Of a stretch of 35,337 nucleotides of DNA, positions 1 through 10,041 are shown piece by piece. The stretch lies in the NCBI GenBank assembly GCA_964010765.1, contig CAXGMD010000032.1, positions 1 to 35,337 of the forward strand, written 5' to 3'. This DNA comes from an uncultured bacterium. GTDB taxonomy: Bacteria > SAR324 > NAC60-12. Within the stretch, counting starts at the first letter, position 1. Each line of letters begins with the position of its first letter. A program made the position numbers and the translations under genes. The notes below the pieces were generated by a model. That model was not told where the DNA came from. It did not search any database and was given only the letters and a program-made list of their open reading frames with translations.

Positions 1-1102
1 TCAGGATCGTGACAATGACCCCCAGCCAAATTGGATCAAAACCGAGTCCTGTGAGCAGAGGAAAGACGATCGGTAGTGTCATCACCATCAGGGACAAGCC
101 ATCGAACAGGCAACCCAGCAGAACGTAGCAGAGAATTACCAACAACAGCACCCAGTAGCGATCCCAGCCCAACTCTTCGATGGCCTCAATCAAGGCTTGA
201 GGTACCCCCAGAATACTGATCGATTGAGCGAGGATCACAGCCCCAACCACGACAAAGCCAATCGATCCATAGGTGATCGCTGCCTGACGAAAGCAGTCCA
301 CTAGCTTGCGAAATGTCAGGTCTCCCCAGAGAAAGCCCAAGGCAATTGCGCTGACAACTCCAACGCCTGCTGCTTCTGTTGGGGTAGCGATCCCCAGCAC
401 AATCGTTCCCATCACTGCAAAGACCAGCCCGGCGACAGGCCAGATGCTTAACAAATTCTTAAGCTTTTGGAGAAAGGGAATCTGCAGGTCTGGCTCTACA
501 GGATATAGACTTCGATCCCTCAGACAGCGCACAAGGATGTAGGCCATGAAACAGAGCGCCATCAACAACCCCGGAATGATTCCTCCCAAAAAGAGCTGAC
601 CAATCGAGGTTTCGGTTAGTGAACCATAAATCAACAAAGACAAGGATGGAGGAATCAGCAGACCGAGGGTTCCACCACCAGCCAGACTGCCAACTACCAT
701 TCGTCGATCATAACCTCGCTGGCTCATCTCTGGATAGGCTACGGCTCCGACAGCTGCTGCGGTTGAGAGGCTGGAACCACTGATTGCCCCAAAGACCGTG
801 CAAACTGCGATATTGGTGTGTAGCAGGTTTCCAGGAACTCGATTGAAGACAGTTGACAGGGCTGCGTAGATGCGTTGACTGACCCCGGAAGCCAGCATCA
901 CTTCTCCCATGATGATGAACAAAGGAATCGCACTCAGAGTGAACTCATTGAGGACATTCCAGACAGCGTTCAAAGCTAGGGAAGTCGCGCCATTTACAAA
1001 GAATTGAAGGATGATCAGTCCGGTCAGACCAAGCGCTGCACCGAGGGGAGCGCTACTGGCCGCGGTTGCGATCAGTGTGCTGAGAAGAGTTGTCCAAAAC
1101 AT
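1..1102 (-). CDS. dctM: TRAP transporter large permease (3' end beyond window edge)
   Basis: Not in the ORF track because its stop is outside the window. Manual translation from ATG 1102 gives MFWTTLLSTLIATAASSAPLGAALGLTGL...EFTLSAIPLFIIMGE...GGGTLGLLIPPSLSLLIYG...ATPTEAA, which are DctM motifs. It directly follows dctQ. Confidence 0.93.
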   Translation of the reverse strand, partial: MFWTTLLSTLIATAASSAPLGAALGLTGLIILQFFVNGATSLALNAVWNVLNEFTLSAIPLFIIMGEVMLASGVSQRIYAALSTVFNRVPGNLLHTNIAVCTVFGAISGSSLSTAAAVGAVAYPEMSQRGYDRRMVVGSLAGGGTLGLLIPPSLSLLIYGSLTETSIGQLFLGGIIPGLLMALCFMAYILVRCLRDRSLYPVEPDLQIPFLQKLKNLLSIWPVAGLVFAVMGTIVLGIATPTEAAGVGVVSAIALGFLWGDLTFRKLVDCFRQAAITYGSIGFVVVGAVILAQSISILGVPQALIEAIEELGWDRYWVLLLVILCYVLLGCLFDGLSLMVMTLPIVFPLLTGLGFDPIWLGVIVTIL

Positions 1103-1109
1103 TCGGACT

Positions 1110-1589
1110 TCAACCGGAGGAAGTAGGGTCGTGGGAAGAACGACGGATCTTCCAAAGGCAGAGCAGACTGGCGATGCCTGTCAAGAAGAAAGAGATGGGG
1201 AGAATGGCCATCCAGGGAAGTAGCGGAAGTCGGGAGATCTCCGTTTTGAGGTTCAGCTTCATGGCAAACTTTAGCCAGGGAATGGTCTCATAGAGCATCC
1301 ATGCAAAGAAGGCCAAGGTGACCAACTGCTTAAGAATCCTCAGTGACCAGCGAACCTTTTCAGAAGGGTGCTGCGTAAGCAGTGTGATCTGCACATGCTT
1401 ATCTTGCAGTGTCAGGTAGGGTAACATCAGGAAAAGAGAGGCAGACAGGAGCAAGCCGACTACCTCTTCGGTAAAGTTCAGCGGCGAGTTGAGAAAATAG
1501 CGCATCACTACTCCCACGCTGACCATGACAACCATTCCCAGGCCCGCCAAGGCAGCCAGCGCAACCATCCATCTTGAAATCAATTGCAC
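1110..1589 (-). CDS. dctQ: TRAP transporter small permease
   Basis: 159 aa, four hydrophobic segments, VVMRYFLNSPLNFTEE and KHVQI motifs, located between dctP and dctM. Confidence 0.92.
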   Translation of the reverse strand: MQLISRWMVALAALAGLGMVVMVSVGVVMRYFLNSPLNFTEEVVGLLLSASLFLMLPYLTLQDKHVQITLLTQHPSEKVRWSLRILKQLVTLAFFAWMLYETIPWLKFAMKLNLKTEISRLPLLPWMAILPISFFLTGIASLLCLWKIRRSSHDPTSSG

Positions 1590-1669
1590 ATGGGTTCTCA
1601 GTGAACAGTGAGAGGAGCACCAAGTACAAAGAAATCATTCGGTTGACTTCTCTCAAAATTGTTCATCAT

Positions 1670-2698
1670 TCAGCGTCCGACTGCCTTAAGGATCTTAGCC
1701 CGGTTGGCTGGGGCATTACCTCCGGCTTCTTCTGCCATGGTTTGCCATGTACTGGCGGCAGCATCAAGGAAGGCCCGCTGATCCTGAGCTGGAAAATCAG
1801 CCATCCACTTGATTCCGGCCTGCTCCAGATCTTGACGCGCCTTCTGCTCTTTCTCGTTGTCATCAGAATAGTCGGTGGAGCGTGCAAAGAGATCATCTGC
1901 TGCTTTCTTGACCGCAGACTGCATGGAAGCTGGTAGCGAATTCCACTGTTGCTCGGAAGCTCCCAGTACGTAAGGAAGACCAGCAATGGGATAGAGGTAG
2001 GAAGCGAAGCCAGTGACTTCCTGTAGGGAAACGGTCTTGGCGTACAGGGCTGGATAAACCGCGCAATCCACAACCCCGGTCTTCAAGGCAACATACATCT
2101 CAGTTTGTCCAATGATCTGTGCGGATACACCGAGCTTGTCAAATGTTTCGACCATGTCCTTGCTCCAGACACGGAGCTTCTTGGTACGTAGTGTCTCCAG
2201 CGTGTTCACTGCTTCATCACGACAAAAGATGGAAGCATAAAGAATCGGCAAGGCTAAGAATCCTGCAGGCACAATCCCCCACTCCTTCAGCTCCTCGGCA
2301 TAGATATCCTTGAGGACGGGGATTGCCTTCAGGTGCTCCTCTGTGGATCCGACAGAACCCTGAATGTAAACGGCATTCATTGCGGGGGCATCCCGCCCCA
2401 GGTAATTGGCCCAGACCAGACCCATCTCTGCTGCTCCGGTGGGCAGCCAACGCAAGACATCCTCGTTTTTCAGACCTAAGGAGCCACCATGATAAACCTT
2501 GATTTGTAGCTTGTTATCGGTGGCTACGCCGACATCGTTGGCAAAGCGGTCAAGTTCCTTGGATTCGTTACGATTTTCAGGGAGGCCATTATTGAATTTC
2601 CAGCTGAACTCCTGCGAGAAAACCGGGGTGGAAAAAAGCAGTGTTCCTGCAAGTACTGCTGTGACCGAACGCTTGATGAATGGAAGGAAGCTTTTCAT
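1670..2698 (-). CDS. dctP: TRAP transporter periplasmic substrate-binding protein
   Basis: Signal peptide, IKVYHGGSLG, KKLRV and EMYVALKTGVVD motifs. ATG 2698 has an AAGGTGAG RBS and is preferred over the ORF-track start at 2752. Confidence 0.92.
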   Translation of the reverse strand: MKSFLPFIKRSVTAVLAGTLLFSTPVFSQEFSWKFNNGLPENRNESKELDRFANDVGVATDNKLQIKVYHGGSLGLKNEDVLRWLPTGAAEMGLVWANYLGRDAPAMNAVYIQGSVGSTEEHLKAIPVLKDIYAEELKEWGIVPAGFLALPILYASIFCRDEAVNTLETLRTKKLRVWSKDMVETFDKLGVSAQIIGQTEMYVALKTGVVDCAVYPALYAKTVSLQEVTGFASYLYPIAGLPYVLGASEQQWNSLPASMQSAVKKAADDLFARSTDYSDDNEKEQKARQDLEQAGIKWMADFPAQDQRAFLDAAASTWQTMAEEAGGNAPANRAKILKAVGR

Positions 2699-3027
2699 GA
2701 ACTCACCTTTACTGGATGATTGAAGAATTAAAAGAAATGTGATCGAAAACAATAGAAGGCTAGCTAATTACTGGGGGATGTTCTGCAAGACAAGTCGATT
2801 CTGATTTTAAACGATTTGCAAAACTATTCACTGTGCTGATTTCAGATAACAATTTGCAAAATATTATCAATTGTAAATGCAGCAAGAAGATCAACGAAGA
2901 AATCAGTTTAGTAAAAATTCAGTGAGTGATGTAGTCTCGTGATTATTTGCAATTATAAACTAATCTGATGGCTGGTAATTTGTCGGTGTGGGTATGTGGC
3001 TTAGCAGAAGAATGTAAAGTTTTAGTT

Positions 3028-4227
3028 TCACAGATAGGATGTCAACTTGATTTGGACAAAGTCATCTGAATCAAATATGTAGGATGGATCTGAAGTTTGA
3101 GCCCCAGAAAATTCTGTTACCGAAACTTGAAGACTAAAGTTCTCATATATTCTTGTTTCATATTCTAGAAAAGTGGTTGAGTTGTACCTGCTCGTGTCAT
3201 AGATAGTTCCACCCAGAAAAGAACTATCGGACATGTCGTTAAGAGTGATTCGATATCCTGCAAAAATATCTTGATCAGAAAGAGTTTGGGGTTCGAGTTT
3301 AGACCTGCCATCATGCTGATATTCAAATAAAATTGAAAAATCAGAATCAGAATCAAAGATCTGGTAAAAGGTATATTCGAAACCAGAGACAGCCGCAGCA
3401 TATGTCTCTGAAAATCCGTCTCTCACAATGACTTCGGTTTTGAGAAGCAAGTCTACGTATGTGTATTGGAAGTCCAAACCCATCTGACTAATTTGTCCAT
3501 AATAAGGAAATAATTCAGCTGCTGAGTTTGGTAGAATGAGGGGCTCTCTGCTGGTTCCCTTGAAGTAGCTCAGACCAAAATCTATGTCAGCAAAGTAGTG
3601 ACTATATCGAAGAGCAACATCTAAGTTATGTAGTGCATCTGCAGATTCAAATTCTGAATCGTTTTTTTCAATTACTGTAGCTCCTCTAAATCGTCCTTCG
3701 TATCCCGAGAAACTTCTCTCTCTAAAGTAAGGTAGAAGATAGAAAGAAAATGTTCCGTACTCTGGAAGAAACTTAAGATTTATCATTGGTTGACCTAATT
3801 TTTGGTCCCCAGAGAAGTCTCCAGCATCAGTCTGATTGATAACATCAACTAGGTTAATCGATTCGGTAACACCCCAAAAAACGGTGTCGACACCAACCAA
3901 AACTTCGATTAGATCAGATTCAAAGAGCCAGTACCCCTCCCTGACATCAAGAAGATCTCTGTTCTCATCGATCTCATCTTTTCTGAAGAAAGGGTTGATG
4001 GTGACAGAGTGATTACTATCTAGAGGATAGAATACTTCAAAAAATCCTTCGACAGAGTTTTGAAAATCGTCAGTAGATTGTCCAGCCCACTTTGGAGGGT
4101 TCTTAAAATATCTAGTCTCAACCCCCAAAGATAGCCGGGTATCAACATTTTCGTTAGCAAAAAGACTGCTGGTAATGAAGCAGAGAAAAATTAGGTTTGT
4201 GAAGATAAGATTAGAAAATGAAGACAT
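3028..4227 (-). CDS. Outer-membrane beta-barrel protein associated with MMPL/LolA-like modules
   Basis: Signal peptide, aromatic/Asp-rich amphipathic strands, VFWGVTE..NLVDVINQ motif, C-terminal beta-signal-like FVQIKLTSYL. Last gene of the operon. Confidence 0.78.
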   Translation of the reverse strand: MSSFSNLIFTNLIFLCFITSSLFANENVDTRLSLGVETRYFKNPPKWAGQSTDDFQNSVEGFFEVFYPLDSNHSVTINPFFRKDEIDENRDLLDVREGYWLFESDLIEVLVGVDTVFWGVTESINLVDVINQTDAGDFSGDQKLGQPMINLKFLPEYGTFSFYLLPYFRERSFSGYEGRFRGATVIEKNDSEFESADALHNLDVALRYSHYFADIDFGLSYFKGTSREPLILPNSAAELFPYYGQISQMGLDFQYTYVDLLLKTEVIVRDGFSETYAAAVSGFEYTFYQIFDSDSDFSILFEYQHDGRSKLEPQTLSDQDIFAGYRITLNDMSDSSFLGGTIYDTSRYNSTTFLEYETRIYENFSLQVSVTEFSGAQTSDPSYIFDSDDFVQIKLTSYL

Positions 4228-4230
4228 AAA

Positions 4231-5049
4231 CTAGCGAATCCGACTCAGTTTCCCTTTTTCAAAAGCGTTATCAGTCAATCCAGTTTTAAACTGATAATCT
4301 TCCCAAATTAAGTCCGTTTGCTTCTTCGTTTGTACATTTTTCATGGCAAACCTGTGAGAGCGCCAGATACCATCTAAATACTCTCTGTAATCAGATGCTT
4401 CCAGGACCTTCAGCAATTGACCTCTACGGTCATAAAACTCTAATTTTCTTAGTTGAAATATTGATTGGTCAATCCAGCTGACTTGTTTGGAATATCCTGA
4501 CTTTTCGTATAGAGGTATTCTTTCCAGAACGTCGCAAGTTAGCTCACCACACGGCTCTTCCCTCAAAAATTTATATGAGAATTTCTTGAGTTCTGTAGCT
4601 GTAAAATCCTCAAAAGCGAATTCTGATCCTACAAAGGGACCAGACTTGTTGCTCGAAGAAATCCTCTTTACCCTTTTTAAGGCTGGCAGATAAAGCCACT
4701 GATTATCAGGTTTTAGAATCTGTGCATGGGAAAGAAGAGCGGTTCCTTTGATGTCCTGAGGTGTGTTAAAGAGCACAAGGCTTTTGTCTCCAACCTCCTC
4801 ATTTTCTCTTTCCAGAGTGGTAAAACTGATTGATCTTGTCGTTTCGTCTCCTGCAGCATTTCTCAAAATCATTGTCATTTCTACTTTGCTGTCTCCATAA
4901 CCGTTGTCGGATCGATCTGATCTTGCGGCTATTTCGTAACCTTTGTCCTCGGGTGATTTGCCAAAGGCTGTTACAGAAAGAGAAAGCAGAAAGATTAATG
5001 AAATGATCAAAAAAGTTTTTGAGTGATTTTCCATTACGTTGATTGACAT
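4231..5049 (-). CDS. Outer membrane lipoprotein-sorting protein (LolA-like family)
   Basis: P.DIKGTALL, QWLYLPALKRVKRISS.NKSGPFVGSEFAFED and FYDRRG.LLK family motifs. ATG 5049 has an AAGGAG RBS just after the MMPL stop. Confidence 0.9.
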   Translation of the reverse strand: MSINVMENHSKTFLIISLIFLLSLSVTAFGKSPEDKGYEIAARSDRSDNGYGDSKVEMTMILRNAAGDETTRSISFTTLERENEEVGDKSLVLFNTPQDIKGTALLSHAQILKPDNQWLYLPALKRVKRISSSNKSGPFVGSEFAFEDFTATELKKFSYKFLREEPCGELTCDVLERIPLYEKSGYSKQVSWIDQSIFQLRKLEFYDRRGQLLKVLEASDYREYLDGIWRSHRFAMKNVQTKKQTDLIWEDYQFKTGLTDNAFEKGKLSRIR

Positions 5050-5059
5050 GGTGCGCTCC

Positions 5060-7426
5060 TTATACTCTAGAAGTTGCGGGATGGACAGTATTGACATTTT
5101 TACTGTTGGAAACAGCAAAATCATTTTTGAAGAGAAGAATGGCAGGTAAAAGTAGAAAATCTAGAATGAGTGCAAAGACAATTGCCAAAATGGTCATCAG
5201 TCCCATGTCCACATTTAATTTGAATGTAGAGCTAGTCAATACCCCGAAACCCACAGTTAATATGAAAGTGTTGATGACAATGGCCATTCCGACGTTATCG
5301 AAAGCATATCGAATCGAATCTTCAACACTTAGTTGGCGATCTTCTCTTGCTCGAACATATTTCGAAAGGAAATGAACAGTATCATCGACTACGATTCCGA
5401 GAGATATTGAGGCTACTGTAGCGACCGAAAACCCGACATCACCCACTAGGATTGCCCAAGCCCCAAAAGTGGTAAGGATGGGTAGTCCATTTGGAATTAG
5501 ACTTAACAATCCCAATTTCAAGCTCCTCAAAGCGACAATCATCATCAAAGCAATTGTAAAGATTGCTATCATCGTCCCAGTAATCATATTACTGACGTTT
5601 CTTTCGGTAATGTAGGTGAACATTACGCTGGCGCCAGTCGGTTTCGTTTGCATGTAATTAGGGAAATTTTTCTTCATCCAATCATCAGTCTGAATAAGAA
5701 AACTCTTCAGCTCAGCAGTTGTTAATCGACCAAAGGTAACTGTCACCCTTGAAGCACTCTTATCAATGTTGATTCTATCATTTAGGTCTAGTCCATACGG
5801 TAGTGAAAGCTCATATAAAAGAAGATATTGAGCAGACAAATCTCTTTCTTCTGGGATTTTGTAGTAACTTTGATCATCACCATGCATATTTTTGTTTAAT
5901 CTCTTCATAATGTCTGAGATTGAATACACATGCTCTACATTTTCGATCCCACGTAAATATACAATGAATTTCTCTATATTTTGTAGGTATTCAGGTTCAC
6001 TGATACCTCCTTCTGATTTGGCTGGAATCGAATATTCTATTGGATAAACTCCAAAATTATCTAAAACAACATCAGAGTCACTTCTAAATTTTACAGATTC
6101 GTCAAAATACTCAACCCACTGATCGTCAAATTTAATTGTTGGAATGAAGCAGATAATAATAAGTGTTGTTACACTAGTTCCGATAAATACTTTCTTGTGA
6201 TTATCAATAACAAAATTTGCTAACTTCAGCATAACACTTTCATTCTTTTCTTTTTCTGTTACTACCTTAGTACCATAAGGTAGCAAGCTTATAATCACTG
6301 GTAAAAGCGTGATGGAGAATAACCAAGCAGCACCAATGCCCACTGCTGTGATATTGCCAAGATGCCAATAAGGTGGTGAGTCAGAAAAATTTAGAGCGAG
6401 GAATCCAACAATCGTAGTTGCAGATGTTATTGTCACAGGAAGAAAATTTATCTTCAGAGATTCTACAATTGCTTTTTGTTTGACCATTCCTTCTTGCATC
6501 AAACTTTTCAAGGTGATGTAGATGTGTATTGCGTCTGCAACCGCTAATGTCAAAATCACTGTCGGTGCAGCCATTGATATTGGTGTTAGTTCGATTCCAG
6601 CATATCCACCAATCCCCATGCCGACAATTGTAGATAAAATGATCAAAATTAGAACTGCTACCGTTGGACTCCAGGCTCTGATTATTAACCCAACCATTAT
6701 AAATATCATCAGGAACATAATCGGAGTGATTGTTCCCGCGTCCTTCATTCCAGCTTCTGCAAAGGCGTTATTCAGTGCTGCAACACCAGAAACATATACT
6801 TCGAGATTAGGATAATCAGCTTCAATTTTTCTTTCAATATCCAGTGCAAAATTGATAGCTTGTGGAACTTCCATCAAATCTTTTTCCGCAAATTGTAAAA
6901 CAGCATTTACCGCAGATACTTTTCCGTCTTTAGAGATGGACTGATTCAGTAGCAAAGGCTCTTCCAAGGCAATTTTGAGCCTGCTTTGATAATACGCTTC
7001 TTCTGCATCTGTCTTATTAATAAGATCTTCAACAACTAGGTCGTCTTTAATAGCGCTGGTGTGTTGAAAATTTGTTACTGAATCAACCCGTATTACATAT
7101 GGAATTTGCCAAGCCTGCTCAGTCAGTTCTTTTATCGCTGATAAATCACTATTATTAAAAATACTACCTGAGCCTTTCTTCTTAATAACAAAAAGTACAT
7201 TATCATTTTTGGTATATGTGCTTTGAAATGATTCAAATGCTTTAAGCTCAGGGTTACTATCAGAGAAAAAAACTCTGTAATTTGTAGAAAAAGCTAGATT
7301 TTTGGCACCATATCCACAAGCTATTGTAAATAACAGTGTTAAAAGTATTGTTGTCCACTTATTTCGTATTACTAATTCAGTTAATTTAACTGAAAATTTG
7401 TCAATTTCTTGGAAGTAATTATTCAT
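5060..7426 (-). CDS. MMPL/RND family inner-membrane transporter
   Basis: 788 aa with two repeats, AVADAIH and GIVVDDTVH TM4/TM10 motifs, TSATTIVGF, and two periplasmic loops. Confidence 0.93.
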   Translation of the reverse strand: MNNYFQEIDKFSVKLTELVIRNKWTTILLTLLFTIACGYGAKNLAFSTNYRVFFSDSNPELKAFESFQSTYTKNDNVLFVIKKKGSGSIFNNSDLSAIKELTEQAWQIPYVIRVDSVTNFQHTSAIKDDLVVEDLINKTDAEEAYYQSRLKIALEEPLLLNQSISKDGKVSAVNAVLQFAEKDLMEVPQAINFALDIERKIEADYPNLEVYVSGVAALNNAFAEAGMKDAGTITPIMFLMIFIMVGLIIRAWSPTVAVLILIILSTIVGMGIGGYAGIELTPISMAAPTVILTLAVADAIHIYITLKSLMQEGMVKQKAIVESLKINFLPVTITSATTIVGFLALNFSDSPPYWHLGNITAVGIGAAWLFSITLLPVIISLLPYGTKVVTEKEKNESVMLKLANFVIDNHKKVFIGTSVTTLIIICFIPTIKFDDQWVEYFDESVKFRSDSDVVLDNFGVYPIEYSIPAKSEGGISEPEYLQNIEKFIVYLRGIENVEHVYSISDIMKRLNKNMHGDDQSYYKIPEERDLSAQYLLLYELSLPYGLDLNDRINIDKSASRVTVTFGRLTTAELKSFLIQTDDWMKKNFPNYMQTKPTGASVMFTYITERNVSNMITGTMIAIFTIALMMIVALRSLKLGLLSLIPNGLPILTTFGAWAILVGDVGFSVATVASISLGIVVDDTVHFLSKYVRAREDRQLSVEDSIRYAFDNVGMAIVINTFILTVGFGVLTSSTFKLNVDMGLMTILAIVFALILDFLLLPAILLFKNDFAVSNSKNVNTVHPATSRV

Positions 7427-7475
7427 TAAGCCTTTTCTATTGGTACAAATTTGCGATAGTTCTTGGCCGAATTTT

Positions 7476-7513
7476 GGTCTGCCCTTTATTCAACCACGGA
7501 TCAAGAGCAGACC
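7476..7513 (-). promoter_or_regulatory. Intercistronic stem-loop between the small secreted gene and the MMPL gene
   Basis: The minus-strand RNA GGUCUGCUCUU...AAGGGCAGACC forms an 11-bp stem with a G-U pair that works only on the minus strand. No U-tract follows. Confidence 0.55.
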
Positions 7514-7537
7514 TTAAAATGGATCTAGTTCGTTAGT

Positions 7538-8016
7538 TTATTTTGGTGTCATATGATAAATACCTGAACCATCAGGCAGTTGTCCAATGAACCCGCCAGT
7601 AATTTCCAAACCAACGTATTTCTCATAAACTCCAGTCCCCTGTGCCATTGTTGCGCTGTAAACACCGTCTTTGCCAAAAGTACCGTAGAACAGGCTCACA
7701 TCGCCATTGGGATCTACTGATTCACATACACCATTCCACCCAGCATTGATCCGCCAGAGTTTGTGACTACCGTATTATGGCAAGTAGCTTTGACCACTCT
7801 TGGCATTCCTTCTGGTGCTTTTGAATAGTCCCAAATGTCAGTTGATTTCATGTGTGTGATAGAACCTGTCTTTCCGGTAACTGTTTCACTAGAAATGGGT
7901 ATTTGGGTACCAGTAGCTTCCCAACCTTTCATGTGTCCACCTGCGAACACTGAATTTACTGGGATTGTAACTAGCAATGCTACAGATAGTTTCGCTGCAA
8001 TTTTCATCATACTCAT
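7538..8016 (-). pseudogene. Secreted small beta-barrel-like protein (~159 aa) interrupted by a 1-nt frameshift near 7734
   Basis: AAGGAG RBS and signal peptide. Adding one A at GGAATG continues the frame as GGNGVCESVDPNGDVSLFYG...AQGTGVYEKYVG...MTPK to TAA at 7538. Confidence 0.75.
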
Positions 8017-8287
8017 TTGAACACTCCTTGAAGTAAGATAATTTTATATCAATGACTTTTTTGTGAAGTCCAAAATACTCTACATATACTTTGAAAAAGA
8101 TTCTACCTTTTAATTGGACGAAACTTTGTTTTATATGATACTTTTCTGTCGAACAGGATGGGGTTGGGTAAAGAAAATTACAACCAAAAGTCTCCAGTGA
8201 AATCCCTCAGAATTTTCGATAGAGTACTAAAAAACGAGTTTAAGAATTGGTCGACAGTCATCTGTCGAAAACATTTTCACTTACTGC

Positions 8288-9871
8288 TCAATTTGGGACA
8301 CATGCATTAAGGCTGGGTAAACTTTGAATTCCCCTTTGGGCGCGTTCGCTCAATTGATCCATTTCCAAACGGATGCTCTTGAGGGCGCTGTTTTGCTCAT
8401 TAGAAAATAGCTGAATTTCCCGTACCATTGCGGTGGTCTTGGTGATTTCAGGCACATAGTTCTGTAATTCAGCAGTCGCTTCCTCGGCAGTCGCCAAGCA
8501 TTTTTTGGCGATTTGTTGGATATCCTGTGCAGTGAGCTTACTCTGAGTCGCCAGATTGTTGACTTCCTGTGCGACGACTCCGAAACCCTTACCATGCACA
8601 CCTGCTCTTGCAGATTCAACCGAGGCGTTGAAGGCCAACAACGTTGTCTGCTTCGCAATTTCTTGAACTTGCGCAACATTGTCATGAATCGAGTTCATCG
8701 CTGTGTGTAGCTTTTGAATCCGCTGAACATTCATCTGGGTGCTTTCCAGGGCTTGATTCATCATATTGACAGCCTCTTCGGTGTACTTGGCGTTATCTTC
8801 AACCCGTTGGCTGACTTGAGTCACCGCCACTGAGACCTCCTCTACCGTTTTTGCCTGATTTTGTGTGGTTTCAATCATCTGTCCAACCAGATGCCGCAAA
8901 GTTTCGACAGTTTGATTAACTCCATGGCTCATCGTTGAGAACTCTCCTGCTGACAAGACTTCCACTCTGCCAGAAAACTTTCCCTGTTTTAGGTCCTGCA
9001 TCGTGCTATTGATATCGTTCACCAACTCCTGCATGTATTGCATAGAGCTATTGAGAGAGTCCTGAACTTCCCGAATATCCCCTTGATCTTCAGTTTCGAT
9101 TCGTTTACTGAGATCTCCTTTTTGCAGAGCGAAGACCATCTTCTGCACTTGCCCAAACAACTCAGAAATGGTGTCCATCAGAGTATTGTAATGCCGAATT
9201 GGCGAGTCTGGATTAGGATCGATCAGTTCAATGCGTCCTTTGAATGAGTGTGTTTGACTGACTTCAAGCATTGATTGAACAATTGCGCTGCTTTCGCAAA
9301 AATTCTTAGTGTTGTCCACAATGATGGAGGTCAATACTCCTGCTTGAACCACGACAAAAACAGCATGCAGCAGGAAGATGTCAAATCCGGTTCCATAATC
9401 AAAAATAGAGACGGGCATACCGGCAACTGTCCAGCCGGCTTGTTGACAGTAATTCCCAATCAGATGATGCAGGGCTATTACGGTGGCAGCGGTCAGTACT
9501 GGGATTGGATCTCGATAGCGAGGCAGAAAAGACATCGAGACAAAGACGTGAAAGTGCATCTCGATGCGACCCAATCCTTGCTGAATCATGATTGCTGAAA
9601 ACAACATGAGACTGGCCCCAACAACCATCCGACAAACTACGGTGCCCCTGAAGAAAAGATAGGCTAGGCCGACCAGTAAAGTGACGATTCCACCGGCGAT
9701 GAAGCCAAACAAATAAGTCCCCGTTGGCAGAGCAGTTGCGGTACTAACCAGTAACCACTGAACTACAGTCAAAATTAGGAACAGCCGATCTGCTTTGATG
9801 AAATCTTCTTGCAGGGCCTGCTTTACGGATTCAGAAATGTGAGATGAAAACGCATGAAAAAATATTCTCAC
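8288..9871 (-). CDS. Methyl-accepting chemotaxis protein with His-rich multi-TM sensor domain and tandem HAMP-like segments
   Basis: MCP hairpin IAKQTTLLAFNASVESARAGVHGKGFGVVAQEV; N-terminal TM region with EMHFH, LHH and LHA; GAGGAG RBS before the GTG start. Confidence 0.92.
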   Translation of the reverse strand: MRIFFHAFSSHISESVKQALQEDFIKADRLFLILTVVQWLLVSTATALPTGTYLFGFIAGGIVTLLVGLAYLFFRGTVVCRMVVGASLMLFSAIMIQQGLGRIEMHFHVFVSMSFLPRYRDPIPVLTAATVIALHHLIGNYCQQAGWTVAGMPVSIFDYGTGFDIFLLHAVFVVVQAGVLTSIIVDNTKNFCESSAIVQSMLEVSQTHSFKGRIELIDPNPDSPIRHYNTLMDTISELFGQVQKMVFALQKGDLSKRIETEDQGDIREVQDSLNSSMQYMQELVNDINSTMQDLKQGKFSGRVEVLSAGEFSTMSHGVNQTVETLRHLVGQMIETTQNQAKTVEEVSVAVTQVSQRVEDNAKYTEEAVNMMNQALESTQMNVQRIQKLHTAMNSIHDNVAQVQEIAKQTTLLAFNASVESARAGVHGKGFGVVAQEVNNLATQSKLTAQDIQQIAKKCLATAEEATAELQNYVPEITKTTAMVREIQLFSNEQNSALKSIRLEMDQLSERAQRGIQSLPSLNACVPN

Positions 9872-10041
9872 AGGGACTCCTCAATTTTTGGAGCTAGGTT
9901 AGTTGGTTGATTGAAATCCTGATATCTGTAGGGTTCCTATGCGGTCCCTTTACAATTTGTGTCAGTGAGGTTGAACATACTTAGAAAATTGAACCGTGAA
10001 TACTACTGCGAGTCATAAAATAATTGCAAAATTTATCGATC

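Noticed and set aside
8251..8268. TCGACAG-TCAT-CTGTCGA hairpin downstream of the MCP
   Set aside because: Short stem without a U-tract on the coding strand, too weak to call a terminator.
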